DNA from: Ostreococcus lucimarinus
Taxonomy: Eukaryota
DNA: 64,000 nucleotides
Assembly: GCA_000092065.1 (NCBI GenBank)
Contig: CP000582.1
Direction: 5' to 3' (one strand)
Every line of letters starts with the position of its first letter. Position 1 is the stretch's first letter. This document shows positions 23,601 through 35,428 of the stretch, piece by piece. The notes under the pieces were generated by a model. The model was not told the DNA's origin, did no database searches, and saw nothing but the letters and a program-made list of their open reading frames with translations. Position numbers and translations under genes: made by a program.

Positions 23601-25878
23601 AAAATTTTTCCAACTCGTGCAAACTGATTTCTTCCTGGATAAACATTTGTGCATGTTTAAAAGCTCCGCTTTCGTTGATGCTGATCAAAGCTAACGCAGT
23701 ACGACATGCGAACTCAATTGAAACCGCTAGGCGCAAGTATTCAGCATCAATTGCGCGCGCAACTTTCAGTAAGACATCATGATACACTTGTATTATTCCC
23801 GACTGTCCACACACCGCACATGCGCGGGTACGACACTGTCCAGATCCATGCGACACAGGAGGGAACATAACTTGGAGAAGATCAGAAACAGCTGCGATAT
23901 GCGCTGAGCTATAATTAATTCGCAACTTTTGCCAATCACTGAGCACTTCGATTGCGAATGTGAACAATGCGCTTTTCAACTGATGCCTCAAACACATGGA
24001 AATATTTGAACTGTCCCAAAATAGACATTCCTCAATAATTCTGATCAATATCTCGACAGTTTTCTCACGCTCTACTAATTGGGGAATGAAAGGTTTGAAT
24101 GTTTCCTTGTTTCCTGCAAAGCTGGTTGAGATTTCGGCATAAAGTACCAATATTGCTTTGAAAGGCATTTCAGACGTTCCGTAGTGATGCGATTCACTTA
24201 ACAAGAGTTTGACAGCATTTTCTTTTGACGTTTTGTGCAAGTGGTGGAATAGAGTTTTGATTCGACCATGTCTTTCGCCGCTTGTGTTGACTTCATTTGC
24301 TTCGAAACCACCCAAATGATCGCAACACCGCAAAGTTGTCCTGTAAAGTGCCTCTGCGGCTTCTTGGTGTCCTGTCTCGGCGCACTTCTGTGCAAGCGTG
24401 TGGATAGATCTACGTGTGGCTAAAGTATTGAAGCCATTCAAAAGCACGAGTTGACTCAAGGTGTGCATCGCAATCGAATCGTGTGTGAACTTGTGTTCCA
24501 AGTTATTCGTCTCGAGCTGAATGGCAAGCAGAGCGTTTGATAAGCATAGACTTGGCAATGCAGCACAGAAAGCATGGGGTGTTGTATCAATTTTCAGGCT
24601 ATACTCTGCAAGCTGCGCTCCGATTATAGCGAACTGTCGTATTTGGCATAAGAAGTCTGCGGTGCAATTCAAGTCTGCAGCACCTGCATCATATGCAAAG
24701 CGTTGGACTTCTCGTGCAAGTAAACAAAATGTGTGAAACAAATACTGAGGGTGGTCCAATTCTAATGCTCGTGAAAGCTCAACATTTGCGCACGCCAGTT
24801 CGCGCGACAAAACATTCTGATTGGACCGCAGAGTAAAATGAAGTGCAGTTTTTAGGGTCACAAGAAGCCAAGGTTCAACAGCACTTGGCAACATCGTATC
24901 AAGAAGTCGGAGGGCCTCAGCTTGAGTATCTGTTTTAACCGCTTGCTGCATAAGCTGCTTATAAATTGAAAAGAGCATGTCTTGCGTCATAAGCGCTTGC
25001 ATACGCGTCAAAGTTTCTCTTGAGATATCCTTGGCGCTACTATAGCATACAAGTTTCGTCGAAACTTGGAGCAAATATTCTTTGTTAAAGGTAGAGTTTT
25101 CCAGACAAAAGAGTATGACTTGAACAAATTTCTGCCGCGTATACATGGCCTCAGAAGAATTAGTCAAGCCTGATATCACGATGAAAGCTTTCAAGGCACT
25201 GTTTGTAAAACTGCGAACATATTTATCGGCGAAATCCCCAGACTGAGCAAGAACAAGTTTGAGGACAGGCTGCATGATGTTTGATACCTGTAGATAACCG
25301 TCCACCAGAATTTCCCTTCTATCTGGACTTGCTATCAGCGCGCTGATCAAATTCAAAACCAATCCAATAACCATCGTCACAAAAAGTTTATCTCCTCGTC
25401 GTTCGCCACAAATTTTCTCTACTTGAGATAGATCAAAGTTCTCAGTGCGCAACTGTTGAAAAAGATCTTTGAGTAACGCCCAGCAGTTGTGGATTGTCTT
25501 GTCATTTTCATGTAACGCGGCTAATCTTCGGATCAAAGTATATCGCAGACCAGAAATATTATCATCGTCGCCAGGTTTTCTCAACACCCAGAGCACATCA
25601 CACAGTTTTTCAGCAGCTGCCAAAAAACGTTGACGCTGTGACTTTGATTGTAGCGAAGTGCCAGCCAATAGCTTCAACGTGTCTTGTACTGCAGTAAACA
25701 TGTCTTGCATAAGATGATCTGATAGTGTCTGCAACTGCGATCGGTCTACTCTGATGAGTAAGTTGCAAGCTTCTGTAGTGAGAGCCTCAAAGTTCAGACA
25801 AGCTTTTCCGTATTCTGCTTGAGTGTGCGCGGCGGAATACTGACGGACAAGCCTTGCTATCTGTGCGTGCGAGTCCAT
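20626..25878 (-). CDS. ESP1: Separase (ESP1, peptidase C50), intronless 1750 aa
   Basis: The C-terminal caspase-like domain has the catalytic dyad context YLYFGHGGGQDIL ... VLMGCSSGVY. The long N-terminus is helical-repeat, as in separases. Confidence 0.85.
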   Translation of the reverse strand: MDSHAQIARLVRQYSAAHTQAEYGKACLNFEALTTEACNLLIRVDRSQLQTLSDHLMQDMFTAVQDTLKLLAGTSLQSKSQRQRFLAAAEKLCDVLWVLRKPGDDDNISGLRYTLIRRLAALHENDKTIHNCWALLKDLFQQLRTENFDLSQVEKICGERRGDKLFVTMVIGLVLNLISALIASPDRREILVDGYLQVSNIMQPVLKLVLAQSGDFADKYVRSFTNSALKAFIVISGLTNSSEAMYTRQKFVQVILFCLENSTFNKEYLLQVSTKLVCYSSAKDISRETLTRMQALMTQDMLFSIYKQLMQQAVKTDTQAEALRLLDTMLPSAVEPWLLVTLKTALHFTLRSNQNVLSRELACANVELSRALELDHPQYLFHTFCLLAREVQRFAYDAGAADLNCTADFLCQIRQFAIIGAQLAEYSLKIDTTPHAFCAALPSLCLSNALLAIQLETNNLEHKFTHDSIAMHTLSQLVLLNGFNTLATRRSIHTLAQKCAETGHQEAAEALYRTTLRCCDHLGGFEANEVNTSGERHGRIKTLFHHLHKTSKENAVKLLLSESHHYGTSEMPFKAILVLYAEISTSFAGNKETFKPFIPQLVEREKTVEILIRIIEECLFWDSSNISMCLRHQLKSALFTFAIEVLSDWQKLRINYSSAHIAAVSDLLQVMFPPVSHGSGQCRTRACAVCGQSGIIQVYHDVLLKVARAIDAEYLRLAVSIEFACRTALALISINESGAFKHAQMFIQEEISLHELEKFCRVFEEHLNAKSSDGVRRMFEAIQDICEKLNTLGSTHLSNRLRHFICPETTSHVAAILLAPIPAPCLLLSLHRHRPWQRRISKTCSAHQGRSKLLLAGVAAERGHISEAFSYVEIALSSLRNCLSSYHDSVKEVTGEASICDPKVSYFFVVGTYISALCTKATICAEIGMVSSSLHAFDEALKLSRRVCSHALQGAVHLRKAGTYQRLGRLTEARDELLTYHEVIDGALFRRTQESIFDTRMDVYAKVLSSIIECSCCENEHKSEFRGTNISRVRETIAEISAVVHRRAESRGCQVNAHVDHLQHSLCASLLGPFRSIYARLLYLGVLTPSDDPDTDTSFSLLGALLKDCRNYEPILVALSLSCELKLDFSIVLPLDMPRPGLDSRSPAVCMSIEMRNKVMELLWRCRDTPIILWELQSRLLSLMISDHTQSPCKVASGLQTCYGAVTRSQYLALLTLKTVKWLQCDEAFVRKMRKMKCDQFPQFASAVQCLQVSREEIAELAGVDNALGEKCRQTAITGSPVLTIGIVKCTHTDNDNRRDKLIISRVSGVDGSALCVQIANPFLSEIFHNFSRIIKEQKNLPTSVDSRSSKIVWWEKRLQLDASLRKILSQLDIDVLGAWRVLLLGDLVLQQQQQLRDLYDELMSRLRILASKLDLQLVASASQLLRLLIHGLDCMTDDEFRLALSSLLLNPCEHKSAPVCLVLSSDKQSVLQKISTCEHVADMVTFARKYLAELKRTTSLTNAGCFLQRSAVIVSLDDVTRHFTWESLDSLNNQRIYRTPSVAIAQSIADFQSNTRHAKNISSTFFVLNPTGDLLGTQQQLEPLLTKAGWDGVSGTSPTASELIQSLQSFDFYLYFGHGGGQDILKTGSFQDASICTATVLMGCSSGVYDIMECSSLSSISMLYLLAGAPIVIANMWDVTDRDIDRFSSRLLEQWLSYSMNESPEFQCASDAVRVARYACQLKYLVGAAPIIYGVPTSICRTQELKYRC

Positions 25879-26247
25879 CCCGACTGTGGTACTCTACTCG
25901 CGCATATCTAACTCCATTCTTTTCTCTTTTTCGCTGCTTCCTTTCAGCAGTGACGGCGTTGCCCGAGAGCTGTTTTTTTGAATTCCCTCGCTTGCTCTGG
26001 TGCGCGCTCTCGGCGGTTATCTCTCTCGTTCGAGAGCCGGTGCTTACTGGCGTGAGAACATATATTAACAATCTCTAGTACTATATATTGTATATTTCCA
26101 CTTTTTCGGGTAAATCATGTTATCTCCGCTTTAGTAAAAAAGAGGAGCACATCCACCTGCCATACATATAATGTGGCAAGATATGTCAAACTTTGCCTTT
26201 CTACGTTGGGATTTTGAATCGCCTGTTTTCGAGTAAATTGAACGATA

Positions 26248-26879
26248 TCAAACGGTGTACCGATCCTTTGCCCTACGCTCCAGTCGAATGGCATCATCGT
26301 GTACCATGTACCCGATTTTCTCACTTTCAGGGATGTCCAAAATGTCTTTCAAATGTCGACCAATAGCTACCTGTTCAGGTTCGCTTGACGCTGTCTTTGT
26401 CCACAAGGCGATTCGATGCTGCTTCTGCCGCACACTGATGACGGCTCCGCAAACTTCGGTGGTTTCACTGAATTGCTCGCCAATCATACACAAAAGAAGA
26501 TTCAACCAACTTTCGTCAAGCTCTTCCCCATCTTTCTGCTTTGGGACATAATATGTCCATTTGCCACCTTTTGCGCATGTCTCATCTTCCCACTTTGGCT
26601 CGATGCCCTCCTTGAACAAATGAAAATCCGTACCCATGATTAATTTGGAAGGTGTAAGGATGTTGTTGTACAGACACCAAAAGTCTTCCACAGTGTTGAA
26701 AGTATATACACTCCGAAGTGTTTGTCCCCATGTGGTCTGCTTCTGGCGACTGTGTGCTTCATCATCAATTCGGAATAACTAATTTGATGGAATGTGACTC
26801 ACCCGTTTGGATTATCAAACCACAAAGTCCACGTGTGTTCGAGGGGGTGCTTCGTCATTTGTTTGAAACCCTCGCTCAT
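26248..26879 (-). CDS. EIF4E: Translation initiation factor eIF4E, 2 exons
   Basis: Exon 1 reads MSEGFKQMTKHPLEHTWTLWFDNPNG. Exon 2 reads ..TVEDFWCLYNNILTPSKL..FKEGIEPKWEDETCAKGGKW.., which carries the cap-binding Trp residues. Confidence 0.9.
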
Positions 26880-27220
26880 GTTCGCTCTCGGGTTCGCACG
26901 AGCCCGGGATATTTGACGATATATGTGTACGCGCGCGTGGCGTAGCGGTCTACGTAGCTGTAGAGCGTTCCTGAGCAAACACGGGGTGCGGCGAGCGCAA
27001 GTGTCGGATCTTCCCGAGAAGGGACATACACGACCTGCGTTGCCAACTCTTTTTACACCACACTCTGTACTCAAACGTGAACTCCTCACAACTGATTAGG
27101 GTTTCATCGAAGTGTTTATTTTACACAAATAATAAAAATAAATAAACGAAGAGAGACGCGTCGCGAACCCACGCACGGTTCGCTCGTAGTTCTGCATCGC
27201 CGTGCAAACACACGCGCGAG

Positions 27221-30200
27221 ATGTCGCCGGGCGACGAGGAGTTCGTGCCGCTGGGTGAAGTCGAGGATGACTTGGTCACTTTCGACGAGGAGGTGAGCTT
27301 TCGCTGTACATCAAACAATTCCAGCAATGACGGTCGTTCACTAACAGGCGGCAATGGTGACTCAAGATGAGCAGAAAGCAGAGCTATTGGAATTAAAAGC
27401 GGAGGGAGAACTTCCACTAGATCAGCTACTTCTTCGATACGGAATTCAGCACGCGATTGATAAAGGGGGCAACACGAAGCAAGAGTCGAGGGAAACAGGG
27501 GCAGCTCGACAACCAACAGTTTCCTTGCGCTCCTTAAAAGTGGAGCCCCAGGCAGTAGCTGACAATACTGTTGCGTACAACGAAGCGGTATCCATCGCAG
27601 CTGAAATCACCAGTGAAGAGAACATAATACGTAGCTTCGAAAAGTTGTTGCACAAGACGGAATCGACAAAACCACTCCCACATTTTCCAGAGCCAACGAA
27701 AACGAAAAGTCACTGGCTTCACACGTTGGAGGAAATGTCTTGGCTTTCAGGCGACTTTTCGCGAGAGCGAAAATGGAGGTAAGGAATTCTAAAACCCGAC
27801 AATCTCACGTTTTAAATAAATAATTGACGCTAGGAAACGTTCGGCTTTGAAGGTGGCAACAACACTTTCAAAAATTCGTAAACGAGAAGTTCAAACCGAC
27901 ATGAAAAAGGCACACGAAGAATTAGTACTAGCCCGTAAGACGGCAAAAGCAATCGCAGGGTCTATTCTCACATTTTGGAACAAGGCTAACAAGGTATGCT
28001 TCGAAATTTGCCGCTTTTTTATCAACTCAGATGGCGTTTAGGTATTGTCGTTGCAACGCCAAGCAGCCGACGCACAAGCGCAGAAGATGAAGCTCGACGC
28101 ACAGTTAGGTATAAAACTTACACCTGTCAGAAATTTCACGCCTTACATATCAGTAGATGAGCTCGTCAAGGTCACAGAAGCCTACTCAGCGCGACTCGCC
28201 GCAAAGTTGAATACAAATCAGCCTTTTCCTTGCTACGGTGGAAACGTACGCACAGAGCAAAAACATAACATTGAACCTTCTATTGGCAGTGGATCAAACC
28301 TTTCTGTTCAGACTAGGAGTAACTGTTCTTCTACTGATATACTAGACTTTTCATTGCTCAAACATAGTTTACGTGACTATCAGCTGGAGGGTGTCAGGTG
28401 GTTAAGAAATTGCTATATCAATAATTTGAACGTACTATTGGCAGATGAAATGGGCTTGGGTAAAACTATTCAGACTATCGCTCTTCTTTCTATGCTCGCG
28501 ACCGAGTTTGGAAACTGGGGACCACACTTGATTGTTGTACCCACATCTGTTATGCTCAACTGGGAGGTTGAATTTAAGAAGTGGTGCCCAGCTTTGAAAG
28601 TGTTCACCTATTTTGGTTCTGTTCGCGAGAGGCGTTTGAAGCGGCATGGGTGGAGTAAGCCGAATAGTTTCCACGTTTGCATAACTTCTTATCGCATTGT
28701 TACTCAGGATCAGAGTATCTTTCGACGTAAAAATTGGGAGTATCTAATACTGGATGAGGCCCACATGATAAAGAATTGGCGATCACAGCGTTGGCAAGTA
28801 CTCTTAAATTTTAGTACGAAGCGTAGGCTCTTGATCACTGGCACTCCACTGCAGAATGAATTGATGGAACTGTGGGCGCTGATGCACTTTCTGATGCCAG
28901 ACTTATTTGGATCTCACTCTGAATTCAAAGACTGGTTTGCGAATCCAATGAGTGCTATGGTGGACGGCACTCAGTCGGTAAATGAGTTGATAGTTACCCG
29001 TCTACATTCTATCCTCCGACCATTTATTTTGCGTAGGTTGAAAATGGACGTCGAAAAGACGCTTCCAGAGAAACACGAACACATCGTGAAATGCGTCCTA
29101 TCCCGCCGGCAAAGGCGCCTGTACGAGGAGTACATATCCTCTAACAACACACTCAGGACACTAGCAAGCGGGAACGTCATGGGTGTGATGAACTGTCTCA
29201 TGCAGCTTAGAAAGGTTTGCAATCACCCAGACTTGTTCGCCGGAAGGCAGATATGTAGTCCATTTGATGTGAAACATGTATGTTGGCTATCATATTTCGT
29301 GTTGCTCACGAGTGCGCGCCTCAAATCGGCAAGATGCGGGATTAATCTTCGACTCAGTGGACCAAATGTGGCCGGCAATGGAAAAGAATTGAACCGCTAT
29401 AGATCGCGAGATCGAATTGAAGAACAGCATAATGTCGGCACTTCTTTCATGGAAAATATCGTGCTTCCATTATCAGAAGTACGAGCCGAACGCACAACAT
29501 TTCAAGCGACAAGTCTATCATTTTATGCCGCTCAAGCTCTACTGTCCAATATCACGGCACATACACGTTACGCAACAACTATATTCCCCAAAACAAAACA
29601 TCTATCACAGTTCGGTAGAATTGGCCAATTAGCTTGGTTTGAAGACTCAGCTGTCATAGATAATTTGATTCGCTTCACATTTATTATCCCAAATGTGAGA
29701 TCAACAACGCCATCCGTATGGTCTCTCAATGAATCAACACACTCTAGTGGTGGTCGATTTGAAGAATGCGCTCTCGGTCTTATGGCCCCAATCAGGAAAT
29801 TCGTCGCCAGGCAAAGTATGTTCGTTCCAGATAAACGCTTAGTACAGTTCGATTGCGGTAAATTGCAGATTTTGGCAACACTACTCCGAAAGCTGAAACA
29901 GGACGGTCACAAAGCATTGATATTCACCCAAATGACAAAAATGCTGGATGTATTAGAAGCATTTCTGAACTTGCACGGCTACACATATTGTCGCCTTGAT
30001 GGTAGCACCGGTGCTGAGCAGCGCCAGTTACTCATGCAACGGTTCAATAGCGATAAAAGACTTTTTGTCTTTATTTTGTCAACACGTTCCGGCGGATTTG
30101 GTATCAACTTAACAGGAGCAGACACCGTTATTTTTTATGATTCTGATTGGAATCCGGCGATGGACCAGCAAGCTCAAGATCGCTGCCATCGTATCGGTCA

Positions 30201-30588
30201 GACGCGGGAAGTGCATATTTACCGTTTGATAAGCGAAGGGACAATTGAAGAGAGTATACTTCAGAAAGCGGTCCAGAAACGTGAATTAGACAACATGGCG
30301 ATCCAATTGGGCAATTTCAATACGACGTCATTCAGTACACAGCAGGCACATTCGCAACAACATGCTGTCTCTGGTGAGACTTTGGAAAATGAGGCTATGT
30401 TTGAGCAAAAAAGATTTGAACGAATACATGATGTTGCAGCGCTAGGGGAGAGCGCTGCCGCCCACACGACTGAAAATACTGTAGACGAACACTACAAATC
30501 ACAACTACAGAGTGAAGATACGTTTGACCTGCAAGCACTCTTACCAGTTGAAAAGTATGCGCTCCTCAAGTGCGCTGCACAAAGTTGA
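27221..30588 (+). CDS. SWR1: SWR1/SRCAP-type SNF2 chromatin remodelling ATPase, at least 3 introns at the 5' end
   Basis: HSA domain: KSHWLHTLEEMSWLSGDFSRERKWR. Helicase motifs: LADEMGLGKTIQTIALL, LILDEAHMIKN and DWNPAMDQQAQDRCHRIGQTREV. A long insertion splits the two RecA lobes, as in the SWR1/INO80 class. Confidence 0.85.
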
Positions 30589-30728
30589 GTGTGAGAAACC
30601 GATGCGAGAGTGTGAGAAACTCTCAGAGTGATGCTTCGATCCATGTCACTTTGAGAGCTCGAAGCTCGAGTTTTATCTCTCAGAGTTTTCAAGATATGCT
30701 TTGAATTACATATAACTATAAATGGTTT

Positions 30729-31850
30729 CTATATGTACCCAAAGATGTTCACTGTTCTACTGAGGTTCTGGACAAAAGTAAAATATATATCTCCATGGAA
30801 AATACCAGTAATCACTTACCTGATCTGTTCATATTCAATCTCCCGTTGTAGACGGCGCTGGCGGATTTTCCGCGGAGTTTTGGTTTCTGGACTTCCCATT
30901 TTCCTTGTTCCCTGTCGCAGAGAGAAGCGTTAGATACAATCCAATATTTTTGCGAGTCTGGCCTACCTCTAAAGCATGTGAGTATCTAGCCGTAGAAAAT
31001 TGGTAGCTAGATTCGTAGACGCCAGCGTTCAATCGTTCCTACATATCGTTTCTCAAATTCGCGCCGTCATAACCTGGAGTAAGGCATACCAGCAACTCAT
31101 TTTCAATACTCGAGTCCAAACGCGCCGCCACTTGAGCCTTGTTTTCACGAAAGTTAATATTCGTATGCAAATTGTGTGCGCGAGAGACTTTACCTTACTT
31201 TCCGCTCTCGCATCGCGCTGTGTATGTCGTGCTGGCATTGTTTGGATTTTTTCCCTAAAGTCAGAGTAAATGAACTCGTCACGAACCAGTTGCACCTGAC
31301 TCACCTCCCAACTTTTTCTAATTTCCTTGAACGTATGAGTAGCTGAGTCAACTTTGTCAGACGTTGCTTGCTCTTGTGAACTAGAAACTTTGGCCTAATC
31401 CGCTTATCACGATCCTGTTCAAACGTTTCGGAATTTACTCACCAATGTCTCAGAGAAGAGTTTATCTGTTCCAGAGCTTCCGCATATTTGGGACTGAGTT
31501 CCGTCTTCTCCCACAACTTTGAAGGCATATGTGAACGCTCTACAGTCTTTGTGTATAGGTTGAGGATGCCTAGTTGAGTAAGTGAATTTCAGAACTTCAC
31601 AGTTCGCTAAGAGTAGCTCACCACACTCTTCTCGAATCGTCGCGTACTGACTGTTTGAAAGTGGACAAGAACTTCGGTTGCACATTCCAGTCAAGCTAAA
31701 TTCATTCCGACAAAAATTGGACGTCTCTGATGTAGCCCTATAGCTACATTGTCCATGGTTAATGATCTGTGTTATAGTATGGATGACGGGAAGAGTAGGA
31801 TCAAAAGTATCGTGCGGGCGCACCTGCCAAACTACTTCGTCACTTTGCAT
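30729..31850 (-). CDS. MAK16: Ribosome biogenesis protein MAK16, ~8 small exons
   Basis: Spliced reading is MQSDEVVWQ|[49 protein letters not shown]|[36 protein letters not shown].. Downstream basic/acidic exons follow. Introns are ~35-58 nt. Confidence 0.8.
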
Positions 31851-32043
31851 GGCTTTCGCCAAAGAGGAGAGAGAAGCGCGCGCAGCGGTAGGCTTATATA
31901 TATTCGACGGTATCGACCGATCGGCCAGCGAGCTTCGCTTGTCGTCGAAGATTGACTCGCCAGTACAACCTGCACTCAAAAGACGAGAACGTGCGCGGCG
32001 GCGGAACTAGGAAAAGTATTTTGTCCTTGTCATCTGATTGGAC

Positions 32044-32155
32044 TAGGCACTTTAGTGATCGTAACCTAGGCACTAAAGTGCCTAGGTTACGATTCAAATA
32101 GCTTTATATTATATTGTTATATGTATGATATGATATGATATCATATCATACATAT
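32044..32155. promoter_or_regulatory. Two palindromes in the MAK16/GR divergent promoter
   Basis: 32058-32093 is atcgtaacctaggcact-aa-agtgcctaggttacgat (17-bp arms). An extra copy of ctaggcactttagtg sits at 32044-32058. 32129-32150 is tatgatatgatatcatatcata, a 22-bp perfect palindrome centred on GATATC within a symmetric ATGAT/ATCAT block at 32121-32155. Confidence 0.8.
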
Positions 32156-32253
32156 CGTGGTACCACGTGTATGTTTTGTGGAGCCTCGACGGCGCGGTGT
32201 GGCCGACCAGGTATGTTCTTTGTCTTTCACGCGGCCGAACTTGACGCATTCGA

Positions 32254-33914
32254 ATGTTAGTCGCTAAACTATCATCACAAGGATTTAATCTCGTTCGTTT
32301 TCAAAAACGGACGGCGCTCCGGGTCGTCGCTTCTGCGAAAAATACGGAGGGTGCCCGCGTGATGCGTACAGCGGCCGTGAGGGGAGCTTCCTCAGAACAT
32401 GGTTTCGACTACGATATTTTCGTCATCGGTAAGTCATACTTTCACATCGCGCGTTTCTAAATCGAATGAATATTGGTAGGTGGGGGATCTGGCGGAGTTC
32501 GCGCGTCGCGAATGGCTTCAAGCGCGGGTGCAAAAGTTGGACTCTGTGAAATGCCTTACGACCCAATAAGTTCAGATAGGACTGGTGGGCTCGGCGGCAC
32601 TTGTGTAATTCGAGGTTGCGTTCCGAAGAAACTATTCGTCTTTGGAAGCGGATTTTCTGCCGATTTCGAAGACGCAAGTGGATTCGGATGGGTGTTGAGT
32701 GAACCCAAGCTAGACTGGAAGAGGCTACTCGACGCAAAATTGAAGGAAACAGAGCGTTTAAATGGGATTTATGAAAGGTTACTTGATGGTTCAGGTGTCA
32801 CATCCTACGTAGGCGCTGGGAAATTATTGGACAATCACACAGTCGAGATAACTGGACAAGAGGTACGAGAAGTTTTTTTCTCTAAACGTGTGCGTGTTGA
32901 AAATGAATATAGGGCTCAAAGGAAAGCGTGACTGCGAGAGATATCCTCATCGCCACCGGGGGGAGAGCTTATGTGCCCGACATCCCTGGTGCAGAGCTTG
33001 GCATAACGTCGGATGAAGCCCTAAACTTGACCGAGCTACCGAAGAAAATGGTGATAGTGGGTAGTGGTTACATTGCAGTCGAGTTTGCTGGTATTTTCGC
33101 TGGACTTGGCGTGGAAGTCGACTTGGTTTATCGTCAAGCCCTTCCTCTTAGAGGCTTTGACGATGATATACGCAGCACAGTCTACTCTAACTTGAAAGAG
33201 AGAGGAATTAATCAAATTTCTAGCTGTCAACTCGTCAGTTTGGACAAACAGTCGGATGGTCGGTTGTTGTTAAGAACGTCTACTGAAGAATTAGAAACGG
33301 ATGTAGTTATCTTTGCGACAGGAAGGATACCAAATACAACTAGACCGAAACTTGGGCTAGAAAGTGTGGGGGTCGAACTTTCTGCAACGGGTGCCATAAA
33401 AGTGGATGAATACAGTAGAACTACGGTGAGCAATATATGGGCTGTTGGTGATGTTACCGATAGAGTCAATTTGACACCGGTTGCGCTTATGGAAGGGATG
33501 GCCTTTGTAGACACAGTCGTAAGGGGTAATCCGACTAAACCGGATTATGAGAATATACCATGTGCAGTATTCTCTCAACCGCCCGTTGCGACCGTCGGTT
33601 TATCAGAAAACGATGCGATTATGAGGGGGGTTCGATGCGATGTTTTCATGTCTTCTTTCACTCCGATGAAATATTCTCTCTCTGGGCGTAAAGAGAAAGC
33701 TCTGATGAAACTGGTAGTTGATTCAGTCAGTCAAAGGGTATTAGGTGTGCACATGGTAGGCCCCGATGCGGCAGAAATACTTCAAGGTTTCGCAACAGCT
33801 CTGAAATGTGGAGCTACCAAGCAGCACTTCGATCAGACTGTTGGTATCCATCCCTCTAGTGCTGAAGAGTTCGTGACAATGCGTTCGTTGACGCGGACAG
33901 TGGGGGGCGAATAG
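32254..33914 (+). CDS. GR: Glutathione reductase (plant/organellar type) with N-terminal presequence, 3 exons
   Basis: Spliced reading is FDYDIFVIG|[50 protein letters not shown], which contains the redox-active disulfide. [26 protein letters not shown] and the [12 protein letters not shown]-terminal motif are also present. Confidence 0.92.
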
Positions 33915-34151
33915 GATGTAGGTAAGAATCATGGGCAGCGTTCTCAAGCATCAGGCAAGTACGCACGTTAGTCACACGCGAATTCATCATGAACAACCAA
34001 AGGAAAATCATTTGTCGCTTTGGCTCCATAGTCATGTATCGGCTCTACACTCATATTTAGTTTTAATACGACAACGAATCTAAATACCAGTCAAGCCTAC
34101 TCTCGCTGAACGAGAAAATCATCTGTTTTCGCACAGCATACTCGTAATATA

Positions 34152-35066
34152 TTAGCCAAACAGCACATTCAACGGATCAACTCTAGGAACAATCGACGTA
34201 ACCTGAGCATATTTATGTTCAGAATACTTTTCATGAATTGCTTGAAACTGATCTGGCTCATAAGCCATCATATCGGCATGAAGGATGTCGATGCACTGTC
34301 GCAATTTTGGTGTGTCTAAATCTACCAAGAACGGTATAATTTGTGGCTTTTCTCTACACAAGTAAAATTCTGCAAGGACAGTAGCTGCGGCGGCAATAAC
34401 CGCGGGAGGAAATTGCAGAAAAACACTTCGCATCAGCGTTACTTCAGACAAAAATGATGCCAAATGTGAGCACAACTGATCCGCTTTGATTTTCGATAGA
34501 TAAATTGTGAGAAATGTTTTCGTCGTCGTCAGCGTGACAGAGAAATCCAAACATTTTAATATGATTCGTTCCATCTCGATAATCTGAGATCGATCGTACG
34601 AGTTATCTGTTATAAAGCACAACTCTTCGATCTGTGGTGCATAGATTTCCTCATATTTTGCGGCTATGAATACGCATGTTATCCCCAACAACTGAAGTTT
34701 TGAACGACTTATTGGTAGCTGTTGCAAACACATATCCGTGTACGCCACGCTTAAAAATAGTGTTTCGGGTACGAGCTTATACTCTTCTGCAACTTCTATC
34801 ATCCAATCGACTAAAATACGTCTCATACTCATACTGATATCTGGGGAAGAAAGCCCAAGTTTGCTGGGAGGTTCCCGCTGCGACTTCAGAAGGTTGATGT
34901 AAATATCGTCTACAGTTGAGAACTTGTTAGACATTCTAACGTTATTCCCAGTCAGAGATGCCGCGGATACATCTTTGGCGTATCCCTGGCTCGCGCTCTT
35001 GTGAACCTGGTCTTCGGACGCAGAAGTTGATGGTGCTGAACCTGCTAATTTTGAGCTCTCTTTCAA
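34152..35066 (-). CDS. A/B-type mitotic cyclin
   Basis: The cyclin box MRRILVDWMIEVAEEYKLVPETLFLSVAYTDMCL is followed by a second cyclin fold. An additional 5' exon cannot be excluded. Confidence 0.85.
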   Translation of the reverse strand: MKESSKLAGSAPSTSASEDQVHKSASQGYAKDVSAASLTGNNVRMSNKFSTVDDIYINLLKSQREPPSKLGLSSPDISMSMRRILVDWMIEVAEEYKLVPETLFLSVAYTDMCLQQLPISRSKLQLLGITCVFIAAKYEEIYAPQIEELCFITDNSYDRSQIIEMERIILKCLDFSVTLTTTKTFLTIYLSKIKADQLCSHLASFLSEVTLMRSVFLQFPPAVIAAAATVLAEFYLCREKPQIIPFLVDLDTPKLRQCIDILHADMMAYEPDQFQAIHEKYSEHKYAQVTSIVPRVDPLNVLFG

Positions 35067-35428
35067 AAGAAAGCGGTTTGTGCTCGAGTTCGTGACATCG
35101 CGTAGTATTGTCAGGTGTCCCTAATTGAGAGCAAAACATGAGAAGATGCGGTTTTGCGTTGTTTTAACATCCGTACCGATTCGTCCACTACACCAGGAAC
35201 CATGTCGCGCCACGAGACTCCGTTTTTTTGAATTTGCCGACTTTCACTGCGACTGGCGAACGGTAGAGGGACCGCAGAGCGACGAAGGAGCGACGAAGGA
35301 GCGATCGTAGATCGTAGATTGCGTCCTCTGCAAGACCGCAAATGTCTTAAGGAATCGAGCTTGTGTAACGTGTTGCGATGTGAGTCGTCTGCGATTTTGA
35401 ACGGCGGGGTTCGTTTCGTTCCCAGCAC

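Noticed and set aside
30586-30620. A direct repeat gagtgtgagaaac x2 just after the SWR1 stop, and a 10-bp repeat gttcttact x2 at about 40890-40910.
   Set aside because: These are short, low-copy repeats in convergent 3' UTR or intergenic DNA. Nothing distinguishes them from ordinary slippage products.
35222-35240. A fourth T-run+GAA motif (ccgtttttttgaatttgcc), considered as a possible additional element-terminus copy.
   Set aside because: Only the T-run and GAA are shared and the GC-rich tail does not match, so this is within chance for a poly-T tract.
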